From: an uncultured Chloroflexia bacterium
GTDB lineage: Bacteria; Chloroflexota; Anaerolineae; Anaerolineales; UBA11858
Assembly: GCA_963695575.1 (NCBI GenBank)
Contig: CAVOGS010000009.1
Coordinates: 3,329-67,328, forward strand
Direction of reading: 5' to 3'
DNA length: 64,000 nt
Shown: piece after piece, positions 47,337 to 56,156 of the stretch
Layout of the letters: each line of letters opens with the position of its first letter
Position numbering within the stretch: the stretch's first letter is position 1
Program-made: the position numbers and the translations under genes
The notes under the pieces: model-generated
Database searches by the model: none
Told to the model about the DNA's origin: nothing
What the model saw: only the letters and a program-made list of their open reading frames with translations

Positions 47337-48428
47337 ATGATGCCAAATCCAGATGCCATAGTGCTGCCAGAAGTGAACCTGATTCAGGTCCGGCTTGATC
47401 CGGCTCAAACTTTTATCAACAGCATGGTGTTGATCCACAGAAGTGAGGAGCTTTCAGGATTAAATCCCTGGATCTACGAAACTGCGGCGGCGCTGACGGA
47501 AGAGCAAAAGGCTCAGCACAACCTGGTTATCATTGGCTTCCATTATGCAGTGCTTCCAAACCGGTATTGGAAAGATATTCCTTTCTACCTGGCCGAGCTG
47601 GAAAGTTGTGATCCGATCAGCTTAAGGGACCAACTGTTAGATTTTTATATCAAGTATGAATGCTCCGAGACATCGGAGAGAGTAAAGGAAACGACCAAGG
47701 AAGAACTATTAGCAGACAAAGAATTTTTCCTGGATTATCTGGTGAAGAAATTTACACCAGAATATATCGATAGACATGTTGAAAGCAAGGCATTTGATCT
47801 GCTGAACGATCCGTCAGAAATGCAGCGCCAGATTGTCTCCCACCTGAGGTTTATGTGGGAGGAATATTATCAGGATGAATGGAAACGAATTCTTCCTATG
47901 CTCGAAGATGCGGTCATGGCATTTGGACAGGTTGATTTCAGCAATATGAACCGCCAGGAGATTGCCAAATATATCATAGGCAGTGAGATCAAAACTGACT
48001 TTTTGGAAGATATCGAAAAGAATCAACAGATCTTTTTTGTGCCCAGCGCTCATAATGGGCCTTATCTGGGGAAGTTCCATTACAAGAATTCCCACGGTGT
48101 GATCTTTGGAGCCCGTCTTCCTGAAGACACCGAAGTGCATGCGCCGGACCTGAGCAGAAATGAGATCACCATCCGGCTCAGCGCGCTGGCAGATGACTTG
48201 AGACTGAATATCCTGAAAGTGATCGCTGAAGAAGGAGAAATGAAGTCACAGGACATTATGGACAAACTTGAGTTGAGTCAATCAGCAGCCTCACGGCACT
48301 TAAAACAGCTGAGCGCAACTGGATACTTGATAGAAAGACGCTGTTCAGGAGCAAAGTGTTATGCTCTCAACGAAGAACGGGTGCAGGATACCTTGCGGGC
48401 AGTAGCAGCATTTTTATTATGTGAGTAG
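47337..48428 (+). CDS. ArsR-family winged-helix regulator with a long N-terminal domain (DUF5937-like)
   Basis: This 363-aa ORF has a C-terminal HTH ..LADDLRLNILKVIAEEGEMKSQDIMDKLELSQSAASRHLKQLSATGYLIERR... Confidence 0.75.
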   Translation: MMPNPDAIVLPEVNLIQVRLDPAQTFINSMVLIHRSEELSGLNPWIYETAAALTEEQKAQHNLVIIGFHYAVLPNRYWKDIPFYLAELESCDPISLRDQLLDFYIKYECSETSERVKETTKEELLADKEFFLDYLVKKFTPEYIDRHVESKAFDLLNDPSEMQRQIVSHLRFMWEEYYQDEWKRILPMLEDAVMAFGQVDFSNMNRQEIAKYIIGSEIKTDFLEDIEKNQQIFFVPSAHNGPYLGKFHYKNSHGVIFGARLPEDTEVHAPDLSRNEITIRLSALADDLRLNILKVIAEEGEMKSQDIMDKLELSQSAASRHLKQLSATGYLIERRCSGAKCYALNEERVQDTLRAVAAFLLCE

Positions 48429-48542
48429 CTACATTATCGGAGGTGGAAAATGGAGAGATCAAAAATATAAAAAAATACCGTAACAAGTGGATTATTCGTA
48501 TCAATTAGTACCTGAAAAGAAATAGCTAGTAGGAGAAATATC

Positions 48543-48773
48543 ATGGATACCTGGAATACTTATTACGTAGAAACTCAAAGGCGAGAGGATGAGATCGCCC
48601 TGGCAATGCAGGATCGTTATATTCGATCTGTTGAAAAAACCTGTGAATCAAGAATTACCAAGCTAAGCATCCGGATCTTGGATGTGGTGGGTTCGAAACT
48701 GGTTGAATGGGGATCCCAATTACAGTGCCGCTGTGCTGAATTGGCAATGACCAGCTCAAAACGCGCCATCTGA
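48543..48773 (+). CDS. Small hypothetical protein (76 aa)
   Basis: The ORF is followed by a strong terminator. Its N-terminal charged helix (ETQRREDEIALAMQDRYIR) resembles that of ORF 61758-61991. Confidence 0.4.
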   Translation: MDTWNTYYVETQRREDEIALAMQDRYIRSVEKTCESRITKLSIRILDVVGSKLVEWGSQLQCRCAELAMTSSKRAI

Positions 48774-48815
48774 TGAAAGTCAAGAACAAAAAAATAATTC
48801 ATCCTCTTAGCTAAA

Positions 48816-48849
48816 CCGGAGCAGCCACAAGCCGCTCCGGTTTTTTTTT
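48816..48849 (+). terminator. Intrinsic terminator
   Basis: The stem CCGGAGCAGC / GCCGCTCCGG (one mismatch) is followed by T9. Confidence 0.85.
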
Positions 48850-49024
48850 ACTAATCACGGTTTCTTCTCTGTTCTCGTTTTAAAAAGGAAGACCCTCCCC
48901 CTGGGCTTGATGATTTGTTCTCCTTTTTGGCAGCCTCTCCAATGGCGCAGGTAAGGGTACTGTGATATATTTTGGAAGTTAGAAAATTCAACCCTTTATG
49001 GTATATCAATGAGAGAGGTATGAA

Positions 49025-49390
49025 ATGGATTCATCGGCAAGCATAATCATCACCGCAGCACTTGTATTTTACACTGTTGGGGTTTGGAGTGAACGCATCC
49101 AGGGGCGCTTAAAACCCTGGCACCTGGCCTTTTTTGTATTGGGCCTGATCTGTGATACCTGGGGAACCGGTATGATGTTCGATTTTGTGGGTGGGATGCA
49201 GTTTGACGTCCATGGAATATCAGGGCTGCTCGCAATATTATTGATGTTTGTTCATGCAGTTTGGGCTGCGGTAGTACTGGTCCGCAAGAATGAAAAAGCT
49301 ATCATGAACTTTCATAAATTCAGCGTGATTGTCTGGCTGATCTGGTTGATCCCCTACTTCAGTCCGATGTTCTTCAACCTGGCTGGTTAA
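49025..49390 (+). CDS. Small integral membrane protein (HsmA/TIGR03987-like)
   Basis: This 121-aa ORF has 4 TM helices. The family call is from memory and tentative. Confidence 0.5.
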   Translation: MDSSASIIITAALVFYTVGVWSERIQGRLKPWHLAFFVLGLICDTWGTGMMFDFVGGMQFDVHGISGLLAILLMFVHAVWAAVVLVRKNEKAIMNFHKFSVIVWLIWLIPYFSPMFFNLAG

Positions 49391-49401
49391 ACGAGATAAA
49401 T

Positions 49402-49836
49402 ATGATCTGGTTGAAAATTGCGATTGCCCTCTTTGTCGTATTAGAGATCGGTAATATTATGATTCTGTATTTTTTACCGGATTCTAAATTGGCCAATGCG
49501 ATGGGTTATTTTAAAGCCTGGGAAAAATCAAAAAGTGATCCCGAGGTCCATGAAATGGCCAAGTACCTGGTTAATTGGGTTGCTGGAACAAAACTGATCT
49601 TTATTATGCTTCTGGGCATTTTGTTTTTTTCAGCAAATGAATCAACATTAGTAGTAACAGCCGCTGCCATGATCATAGCGATCAGCTCTTTTTACTGGCG
49701 TCTGTTTCCCTCCATGCGAAAGATGGACCAGCAAGGACAGATCGACCCCAAGGGATATTCAGCTGCTTTGGGCTGGATGATCCTGGGGATGATCATCTTA
49801 TTTGCAGGGGCGATTATTATGGCAGTACTGCGTTAA
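49402..49836 (+). CDS. Hypothetical membrane protein
   Basis: This 144-aa ORF has 4 TM helices and starts 11 nt after the preceding gene. Confidence 0.5.
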   Translation: MIWLKIAIALFVVLEIGNIMILYFLPDSKLANAMGYFKAWEKSKSDPEVHEMAKYLVNWVAGTKLIFIMLLGILFFSANESTLVVTAAAMIIAISSFYWRLFPSMRKMDQQGQIDPKGYSAALGWMILGMIILFAGAIIMAVLR

Positions 49837-49940
49837 TTGAATTTTTACTAAAACAGGCCAATTTTCAACGTAACTATGCTTGATATTCCCAGTTAAGTAA
49901 GTTGTAGGGAAGCGAATAATCAAATCACTTAGGAGAAAAA

Positions 49941-50111
49941 ATGAAACTCACACCCCCAAAACAAAATGTATTCTGGATTTCAGTGGTTCTGGCTGCCCTG
50001 GGCCTCTTAGGCCGCTATGCCAATATCCCGTTTGTATCTGATTATTATTTTTACTTTGTATTGGTAGCCTATATTGTCTTATTCCTCGGCAACACAGTAA
50101 AAGGTCTCTAG
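49941..50111 (+). CDS. Unlisted small membrane ORF (56 aa)
   Basis: The ATG at 49941 lies 7 nt after AGGAG. The product MKLTPPKQNVFWISVVLAALGLLGRYANIPFVSDYYFYFVLVAYIVLFLGNTVKGL has two hydrophobic helices. A 10-bp hairpin follows it. It falls below the 60-aa cutoff of the ORF track. Confidence 0.5.
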   Translation: MKLTPPKQNVFWISVVLAALGLLGRYANIPFVSDYYFYFVLVAYIVLFLGNTVKGL

Positions 50112-50134
50112 TCATTTTTCTAACTCCTTTTAGT

Positions 50135-50160
50135 GAAGCCCCGGTGTAAACCGGGGCTTC
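50135..50160 (+). terminator. Perfect 10-bp hairpin after the small ORF
   Basis: GAAGCCCCGG-TGTAAA-CCGGGGCTTC. The T-tract is weak (CTGCTT). Confidence 0.4.
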
Positions 50161-50242
50161 CTGCTTAAAACAGGGAAAATTATCGCAACCTGGCGGGGAA
50201 ATTAACGTATGATATGAAGTAACAACCAGCATGGGAGTAATT

Positions 50243-50611
50243 ATGGATATTAGTTCACAATGGATTGTGCCTGGAATTCTTTTTCTCGTAATTATAGGTG
50301 TTGGTTTCTGGGTCAGTAAACTGGGGAAACCGTATAATGGCCTGTTATTTAATATTCATAAACTGATCGCCCTGGCTGCAGCCATCCTCACAGGGATACG
50401 GATCTTCAGGCTGGACCCCTGGGAAACATTTCCTGTTCTGGCAATCCTCTTTATAGCTCTCGCTTTAGGGGGCGTAATTGCCATGTTTGCCACTGGCGCG
50501 ATGATGAGTATTCAGGATCAGGTAAAAAGAACACCGAAACTGGTTCACCAAATTTCAGCAAGTATAGTTGCCGGAACAATGATCATTGCCCTCTTATTGT
50601 TTTACCAATGA
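50243..50611 (+). CDS. Hypothetical membrane protein
   Basis: The ORF 50231-50611 is trimmed to the start at ATG 50243, which is preceded by GGAG. It has 4 TM helices. Confidence 0.5.
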   Translation: MDISSQWIVPGILFLVIIGVGFWVSKLGKPYNGLLFNIHKLIALAAAILTGIRIFRLDPWETFPVLAILFIALALGGVIAMFATGAMMSIQDQVKRTPKLVHQISASIVAGTMIIALLLFYQ

Positions 50612-50686
50612 TCTTTTAGTTTTATCTCCGCTTGATCTGAAAAATCAATTTTACTGATTCCTTGATCTCACACAAAGGTGTACTTC

Positions 50687-51955
50687 ATGAGAATAACCAT
50701 ACTCAATGGAAACGCGACCCCATCTCGATTTGATGCGTATCTGAAAAATCTAAGGACAGACTTGGAATTAATGGATAATCAGGTCACCCAGCTCGATCTG
50801 CGGGATCTGCCTCTGAAGTACTGCAGAGGTTGTTTTGATTGCTGGACAAAAACACCTGGAATTTGTGATTCTGACCAAGCATCCCGGGAACTGGGCCGGG
50901 CAGTGATCAACTCCGATTTTACGCTCTGGGCCGCTCCGCTTAAGATGGGTTTCCCCTCCGCTCTTTTGAAGATGGGTTTTGACAAATATCTACCGCTGAT
51001 CCATCCCTATATGGTTGTGGACCAGGGTGAAGCTCATCACCTGAAGCGCTATGAAAGATATCCCCGGGTAGGCTTGCTGGTGGAAAAAGAATCAGACACC
51101 AGCGAAAGTGATCTGGTGATCATCAGAGATGTCTTTTCCAGGACAGCGCTGAACTTCAAATCCAAACTGGAGTTCATGGAGACAACCGAGCTGGATCCTT
51201 CACAGTTGTTAAATCAGATCCTTACTCCCCGGAAAGGCGGGCATTTCTACCAGAAAAAACCAGCGCCGATCCCAGGTGAAAGAATTTCTCCTCCGGAGAG
51301 AATGACTGTCTTTAACGGCTCACCGCGGGGCAAAAAAGGCAATACACCGCTCATGCTTGATGAATTGCTGAAAGGGTTTGGAGGAGAGTATAAAACCTAT
51401 CATCTGATCAAGGTGAAGGACCTTGAGGAACAGATTGAAGCTTTCAGGGAAGCAGATTGTGTTTGGCTTGGATTTCCACTGTACACAGACGGAATGCCTG
51501 GAGTAGTAAAAAGCTTCCTTGAAGCATTAGAACCATTTAAAGGGCGGGAGAATAACCCCCCCCTCGGTTTCCTGGTCCAATCAGGCTTCCCGGAAGGATT
51601 GCATTCGCGTTATGTTGAGCGCTACCTGGCCTCCCTTGCGCTAAGACTGGGTTCCCCTTATCTGGGTACGATTGTCAAAGGTAATGGAGAGGGCACCAGG
51701 ATCATGCCAGCTGAAATGAATAAAAGACTTTTTGAGAATTTACAATCCTTGGGCAGGGGGCTGGCGGAAAATGGCCAGCTGAATGCTGAGGTTTTGAAGG
51801 AAATTGCCAAACCAGAACGTTTTCCCCTAATTCTGGGACCGATATTCCGGCTATTCCTGAAAACCAAAATGTCTCACCGTTATTTTGATAACATGCTGAA
51901 TGAAAATAAGGCCTATGAACGCCGGAATGATCGGCCATTTATAGATCCGATTTGA
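50687..51955 (+). CDS. Two-domain flavodoxin-fold / iron-sulfur-flavoprotein-like oxidoreductase
   Basis: The ATG is at 50687 (MRITILNGN..). A compact Cys motif C-x2-C-x2-C-x7-C (YCRGCFDCWTKTPGIC) matches Isf-type proteins. A second flavodoxin-like half reads ..MTVFNGSPRGKKGNT... Confidence 0.6.
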   Translation: MRITILNGNATPSRFDAYLKNLRTDLELMDNQVTQLDLRDLPLKYCRGCFDCWTKTPGICDSDQASRELGRAVINSDFTLWAAPLKMGFPSALLKMGFDKYLPLIHPYMVVDQGEAHHLKRYERYPRVGLLVEKESDTSESDLVIIRDVFSRTALNFKSKLEFMETTELDPSQLLNQILTPRKGGHFYQKKPAPIPGERISPPERMTVFNGSPRGKKGNTPLMLDELLKGFGGEYKTYHLIKVKDLEEQIEAFREADCVWLGFPLYTDGMPGVVKSFLEALEPFKGRENNPPLGFLVQSGFPEGLHSRYVERYLASLALRLGSPYLGTIVKGNGEGTRIMPAEMNKRLFENLQSLGRGLAENGQLNAEVLKEIAKPERFPLILGPIFRLFLKTKMSHRYFDNMLNENKAYERRNDRPFIDPI

Positions 51956-51980
51956 TCATCGGGATTCAGATATAAAAAGG

Positions 51981-52012
51981 GAGGGAAGTGATTTTTTCTT
52001 CCCTCTTTTCAT
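51981..52012 (+). terminator. Intrinsic terminator
   Basis: The stem GAGGGAAG / CTTCCCTC (51981-51988 / 51998-52005) is followed by TTTTCATT. Confidence 0.7.
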
Positions 52013-52079
52013 TAAAATATCTTTGAATGGTGTATTATTATGGGTAATGTAAATTTTTGTAGGGAGCAATAAAATTATC

Positions 52080-52709
52080 ATGAAGCGTCTTCAACTTCTT
52101 CCGATCCTTTTACTGGTTGGCTCTTTGGGTGTGTTGGGGGTTATGTTTGGTGTTCGAGCTATCAGTAATCAAAGACTGATCAATTCCAGCATCAAGACCC
52201 AAACAGCGATCGTGGAGCAGGCAACTGCGACAATTCCGCCGACCGAGACGCCACTGCCTACGGAAACTCCTGTCCCCACAGAAATTCCACCCACAGCTAC
52301 GGTAACGCCCTTCCCAACCGCAACCCCCAAACCGGGTGAGGTTGTTGAGGAAGGCTGCAATGTGGCGGAATATATTGCCGATGTCACCTTTCCGGACAAA
52401 ACCATCATCGATGCGGACACAAAGTTCACAAAAACCTGGCGCTTGTTGAATAATGGAACTTGCATCTGGACCAACCAATACAAACTGGTTTTCCATTCCG
52501 GAGAACAGATGTCCGGAAAAAAAGAAACAAATGCTATTAGCCTGGCGGTCGACCCGGGGAAATTGATTGATATATCAATTGAGTTAAGAGCGCCCGAGAC
52601 CGAAGGTACTTACAAGGGGTACTGGATCCTTGAAGACCAGTATGGAAATCCATTTGGCCTGGGCCGGGCCGGTAAACCGTTTTATGTGGAAATCGTGGTT
52701 GTTGAATGA
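52080..52709 (+). CDS. Membrane-anchored protein with a Pro/Thr linker and an NBR1-like Ig (Nbr1_FW) domain
   Basis: This 209-aa ORF has an N-terminal TM segment, a PTETPLPTETPVPTEIPPTATVTP linker, and ..FTKTWRLLNNGTCIW..GTYKGYWILEDQYGNPFG... Confidence 0.7.
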   Translation: MKRLQLLPILLLVGSLGVLGVMFGVRAISNQRLINSSIKTQTAIVEQATATIPPTETPLPTETPVPTEIPPTATVTPFPTATPKPGEVVEEGCNVAEYIADVTFPDKTIIDADTKFTKTWRLLNNGTCIWTNQYKLVFHSGEQMSGKKETNAISLAVDPGKLIDISIELRAPETEGTYKGYWILEDQYGNPFGLGRAGKPFYVEIVVVE

Positions 52710-52742
52710 TTGCCGATCTGACCCCATCAGTTGTCACAAAAA

Positions 52743-52766
52743 AGCTCCCTGAAGAGGGAGCTTTTT
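52743..52766. terminator. Bidirectional terminator between convergent genes
   Basis: AGCTCCCT-GAAG-AGGGAGCT is flanked by A6 and T5. Confidence 0.8.
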
Positions 52767-52807
52767 CTATCCTGAATTTAAGTTTTTAAACCTTTTCCAT
52801 CAGAACA

Positions 52808-53401
52808 TCACAGGACCTCAATTACATTCAGTTTGATCAATTCATCTACGATATTCTGGATTTCGGTCGAGTAATCACTCTCGATTACGGCCTTATCCAT
52901 GATATCAGAGATTGTTAGCGGCCGGGCCTGGGGGAATGGCAGATGGAAAAGGAATTTGCCCTGGGGTGTTGTCAGGCTGATCTTATGCTCCTGGCGTTCC
53001 CGGCCTTCCCCTTCCCAGATCGTGACAGCGCTGAAAGCATCGCCACTTCTGGCCACTGAGAAATTGGCTCCATTTTCTTTATTTTCCCGGACCAACCGGG
53101 AGAGACCCTCTCCTGGATTCTTTTTTTCATAAACAGAAAGGTCCACTTCAAATTTTAGATCTGCCTGGATCAGGGTGTACCGATAATAAGGACGTTTTTT
53201 TTCAAAGACCTCAGTTTTCTTGACAATTTTCAAGTCGGTCAAATTTTCTAAAAAATCCTGGGCTGTTCGAATATGCAGACTGAGACGTGAGGCTGCCTCA
53301 GACGCTGAGATATCCTGGTAGTTGACAAGCAGCTTGAAGAAGTCTTCCGCATAGTCCTTGGATAAGATGGCCCCTAACTGGGCAGCTGTTTCGAAACTCA
53401 T
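52808..53401 (-). CDS. Hypothetical protein with an N-terminal winged-helix-like region
   Basis: This is a 197-aa ORF. The region ..ISASEAASRLSLHIRTAQDFLENLTDLKIVKK.. looks like a wHTH. It starts 13 nt after the upstream membrane-protein gene. Confidence 0.45.
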   Translation of the reverse strand: MSFETAAQLGAILSKDYAEDFFKLLVNYQDISASEAASRLSLHIRTAQDFLENLTDLKIVKKTEVFEKKRPYYRYTLIQADLKFEVDLSVYEKKNPGEGLSRLVRENKENGANFSVARSGDAFSAVTIWEGEGRERQEHKISLTTPQGKFLFHLPFPQARPLTISDIMDKAVIESDYSTEIQNIVDELIKLNVIEVL

Positions 53402-53414
53402 TGTGTCTTCCTCA

Positions 53415-54269
53415 TCAAGCGAAAGGATTTAATCGCAAGGAGTTCATGCGATCGATAATTTGGGATTCCTGACCAGTCTTGGAAAGTTCCAGAAACTCAC
53501 TGAATACGTCGCCGAGTGACTGGCAAAGCTGGTCAAAATCCAGATCCATCTTGAATAACAGGTAATCCTCTTCAGTGATGTTCACTGTAATATTCCCGTC
53601 GTAATCCACGGCTACCCAGGTATCTGCAATGTAATCCTTTTTAATTCCAAAAATATAAGGAATGTCATTGCCAGGCAAGGTCAGCACAAAAACCACCCTA
53701 CTTTCCTCTTTGAAGGGAAAAGCGATCAGATTGCGGGAAATAAAGTCCACAAAGCGGATCATCTCTGTCTTGCTGACCGGCACATGTCCAGCGGGACGGG
53801 GGCGGGCGGTGAAGCTGTTACCTATATCTTCTACGGGTAAAGCTGCCAACTCAAAGATTTCTTCCCCCCGCCAACGCAGTCTTCTGTTAAAAGCCTGATA
53901 GGCAACAACCATCATTAGGGCGTACATAATGACGAGTAAAATGGGCGTCAGGCCAATTTCGTTCTTGTTATTAATCACTGGGGGTGCACTGATGCAGACC
54001 AGCCCGGCGAAAACCATGAATAATGCCACTGCCAGGTAGCCATTATTGCGGGTTTTCAGGACTGTTGCCAAAGGAAATATCGAGGCAATGAAGTAGATTC
54101 CGCCTAAGGTGTAAAATGCGGGTCCTGGGCCAAACAGGCCAAAGAGACTGAAAAATATTGCCAAAGAAAGGAAGGGAAACCAGATCGTTTTTATGATATT
54201 TTGGGGTTTTGTCTTTCTCTCAAAAAACATATTGCACCTCTTGATAGTTTGACTCTCTAAATACTTCAA
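53415..54269 (-). CDS. Hypothetical membrane protein (4 TM plus a cytoplasmic C-terminal domain)
   Basis: This is a 284-aa ORF, and I recognise no family. It is probably co-transcribed with 52808-53401. Confidence 0.45.
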   Translation of the reverse strand: MKYLESQTIKRCNMFFERKTKPQNIIKTIWFPFLSLAIFFSLFGLFGPGPAFYTLGGIYFIASIFPLATVLKTRNNGYLAVALFMVFAGLVCISAPPVINNKNEIGLTPILLVIMYALMMVVAYQAFNRRLRWRGEEIFELAALPVEDIGNSFTARPRPAGHVPVSKTEMIRFVDFISRNLIAFPFKEESRVVFVLTLPGNDIPYIFGIKKDYIADTWVAVDYDGNITVNITEEDYLLFKMDLDFDQLCQSLGDVFSEFLELSKTGQESQIIDRMNSLRLNPFA

Positions 54270-54561
54270 TTAATGTGAAGTATAGCAAATAAATACTATA
54301 AAGCAATAGTACTTAAGTAGGGTTTAAACTACTGCCTTTTATGTAGAAGAACGATCCTGAAAAAGATATATCCAGGGTTTTTGGACAGGATCATATTCTC
54401 TGCTCTGGTACAACCCACTCTCTAAAATAGTTAGCTGATTCCCGGTGATTGAATTATGTTACACTGAGATTGTTGGTACATATTTACCCCCCTTACTTTT
54501 TGATAGTCGTTGTTTATTGATTTATAAAACCTTCCGTCTTAGCGCTAAGATCAATCTGGTT

Positions 54562-54587
54562 GTAACATTCACCTTACTCATTACGTT
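54562..54587 (+). promoter_or_regulatory. Candidate ECF-type (autoregulated) promoter
   Basis: GTAAC, a 17-nt spacer and CGTT (54562-54566 / 54584-54587) lie about 20 nt upstream of the sigma-factor ATG. This matches the AAC..CGT pattern of ECF promoters. Confidence 0.35.
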
Positions 54588-54605
54588 TATATAACAAGGA
54601 ACATT

Positions 54606-55691
54606 ATGGCTCAACCGAACAATCCAGATCTGCAGCTGGTACAGAAAGCTGTCAAAGGCAATCGGAAAGCGTTTACAACATTATTCAACAAGTATTTCCA
54701 ATCCGTTTATAACTTTGCCTTAACGCTTTCTCGTGATCCAGCTATGGCGGAAGATCTAACCCAGGAAGCATTTATCCGGGCCCACGCCAACCTGGAACGC
54801 CTCGGTCCTCCCTGGAACTTCCGGGCCTGGATCTTTCGTTTGACACGCAATTATTTTATTGATCTTACCCGAAAGGAACGGGGGGTTGATCCACTAGAGG
54901 AAGATGTGCCAGTGATATCACCCGGCCCAGGTCCTGAAAAAGAAACTATGTCAAGAGAAACGGCTGATCGAGTTCAAAGTACGCTGGGAAGGATGAACGT
55001 TCAATATCGAGAGATCCTCGTCTTGCGCGAATTGAACGAGTTCAGTTATGCTGAAATTGGGGAGATCCTCAGCCTCAGTCCTTCCAACGTAAAGGTGTCC
55101 TTACATAGAGCGCGGGCAGCATTCCAGGAAAGCTACGGCATCCGCCTGCTGCTGGAAGATCCAACAGGTGACTGTAAAGAAGTTACCGATCTGCTTCATG
55201 CCTTTCATGATAATGAGGAACTTCTGGATCAGGAGCAGTTTGTAAAAGAACACTTAAAAACCTGTCCAGATTGCCAGGAACGGCGGAAAATGTTGATTGC
55301 TCAATCGGTCGCTCTGGGCGCTTATGTCCCGGTCATCCCACCTAAATCACTGGCCCAGCAAATTCTCAAAAAAACCGCCACTTCACCTACTAGTGCCACT
55401 GCAAAAAAAACAGGAAAACTGAAGAAATTCTTTAATATCAGCGGAGGTGTTGTTATCGCCGGGATGATGGGCTGGATAATATTTTCTTTGATTTTCAATC
55501 CGGAAAAGATCCTGCCAAATTTCCCCCGGGATGGGGATGTGCCGGAAACACCGGCAGTCTTGGCTCCAGCTGCCCCTACGGAAGACAGCGGCGGAGGTCG
55601 CTCCGCTGAAGCCTCCTCCTCCTCCTCCAGCACGCCCCTACAGAAGATGACCGCTGTTCTCTCTTTGAGGAAGTGGAGATGTCCCTGGTAG
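54606..55691 (+). CDS. ECF sigma factor fused in-frame to a ZAS-type anti-sigma domain and a TM helix; the ORF is truncated by a frameshift near 55610-55640
   Basis: The sigma region 2 reads DLTQEAFIRA and region 4 reads YAEIGEILSLSPSNVKVSLHRAR. In the same frame follow ..CKEVTDLLHAFHD..HLKTCPDC (HxxxCxxC) and the TM segment GGVVIAGMMGWIIFSLIF. Confidence 0.75.
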   Translation: MAQPNNPDLQLVQKAVKGNRKAFTTLFNKYFQSVYNFALTLSRDPAMAEDLTQEAFIRAHANLERLGPPWNFRAWIFRLTRNYFIDLTRKERGVDPLEEDVPVISPGPGPEKETMSRETADRVQSTLGRMNVQYREILVLRELNEFSYAEIGEILSLSPSNVKVSLHRARAAFQESYGIRLLLEDPTGDCKEVTDLLHAFHDNEELLDQEQFVKEHLKTCPDCQERRKMLIAQSVALGAYVPVIPPKSLAQQILKKTATSPTSATAKKTGKLKKFFNISGGVVIAGMMGWIIFSLIFNPEKILPNFPRDGDVPETPAVLAPAAPTEDSGGGRSAEASSSSSSTPLQKMTAVLSLRKWRCPW

Positions 55692-56108
55692 TGCTGAATA
55701 TCATCGATGGCACCTATAACATCCCGGTTTATGTAAAGATGGAAGGCGGGGTTCTGGGAGGAGTCGAGGAAGAATGGATTGGTGAACCTCTCTGGCCTTA
55801 TGAAGCCTGGATGGGAGTGATCCCGGACAATAAATGCGACTTTCAGGGATTTCCCGGACCGGTTAATTTGCATGTTCACCCTGAAACCCGATATGCCCGG
55901 AACTGAGCAGTTCTTCCAACTTAAAATGGAGAATTGTGAGGCCGTGCTATTTTCCCAGGGGGTAGTACTGCCCGAAATTCAGCAGGCTGAGGAAGGTGGG
56001 AGCGAGCCGGTCGGCTGCCACGCGGCTTTGGATGCCCGGACATGTAAAAGCCTGGGAGGAGAATACAGAAAGATCAATGACACCACGTACCTTTGTTTCT
56101 GCCCTTAG
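55634..56108 (+). other. Continuation of the anti-sigma extracytoplasmic domain in two other frames (frameshift fragments)
   Basis: ORFs 55673-55906 and 55872-56108 continue the protein as ..APTEDDRCSLFEEVEMSLVVLNIIDG.. and ..RLICMFTLKPDMPG..CKSLGGEYRKINDTTYLCFCP. The second shift is at a T-run near 55856. Confidence 0.7.
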
Positions 56109-56156
56109 GGCTATAGATAATTGAATTAAATCAGAATTTCCCAAGGAGGATTATTC

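Noticed and set aside
55612-55628. The (CCT)5 trinucleotide run in the anti-sigma linker, considered as a phase-variation tract.
   Set aside because: The unit length is 3, so slippage would not change the frame. It simply encodes a poly-Ser linker, and the nearby frameshift is more likely an ordinary indel.
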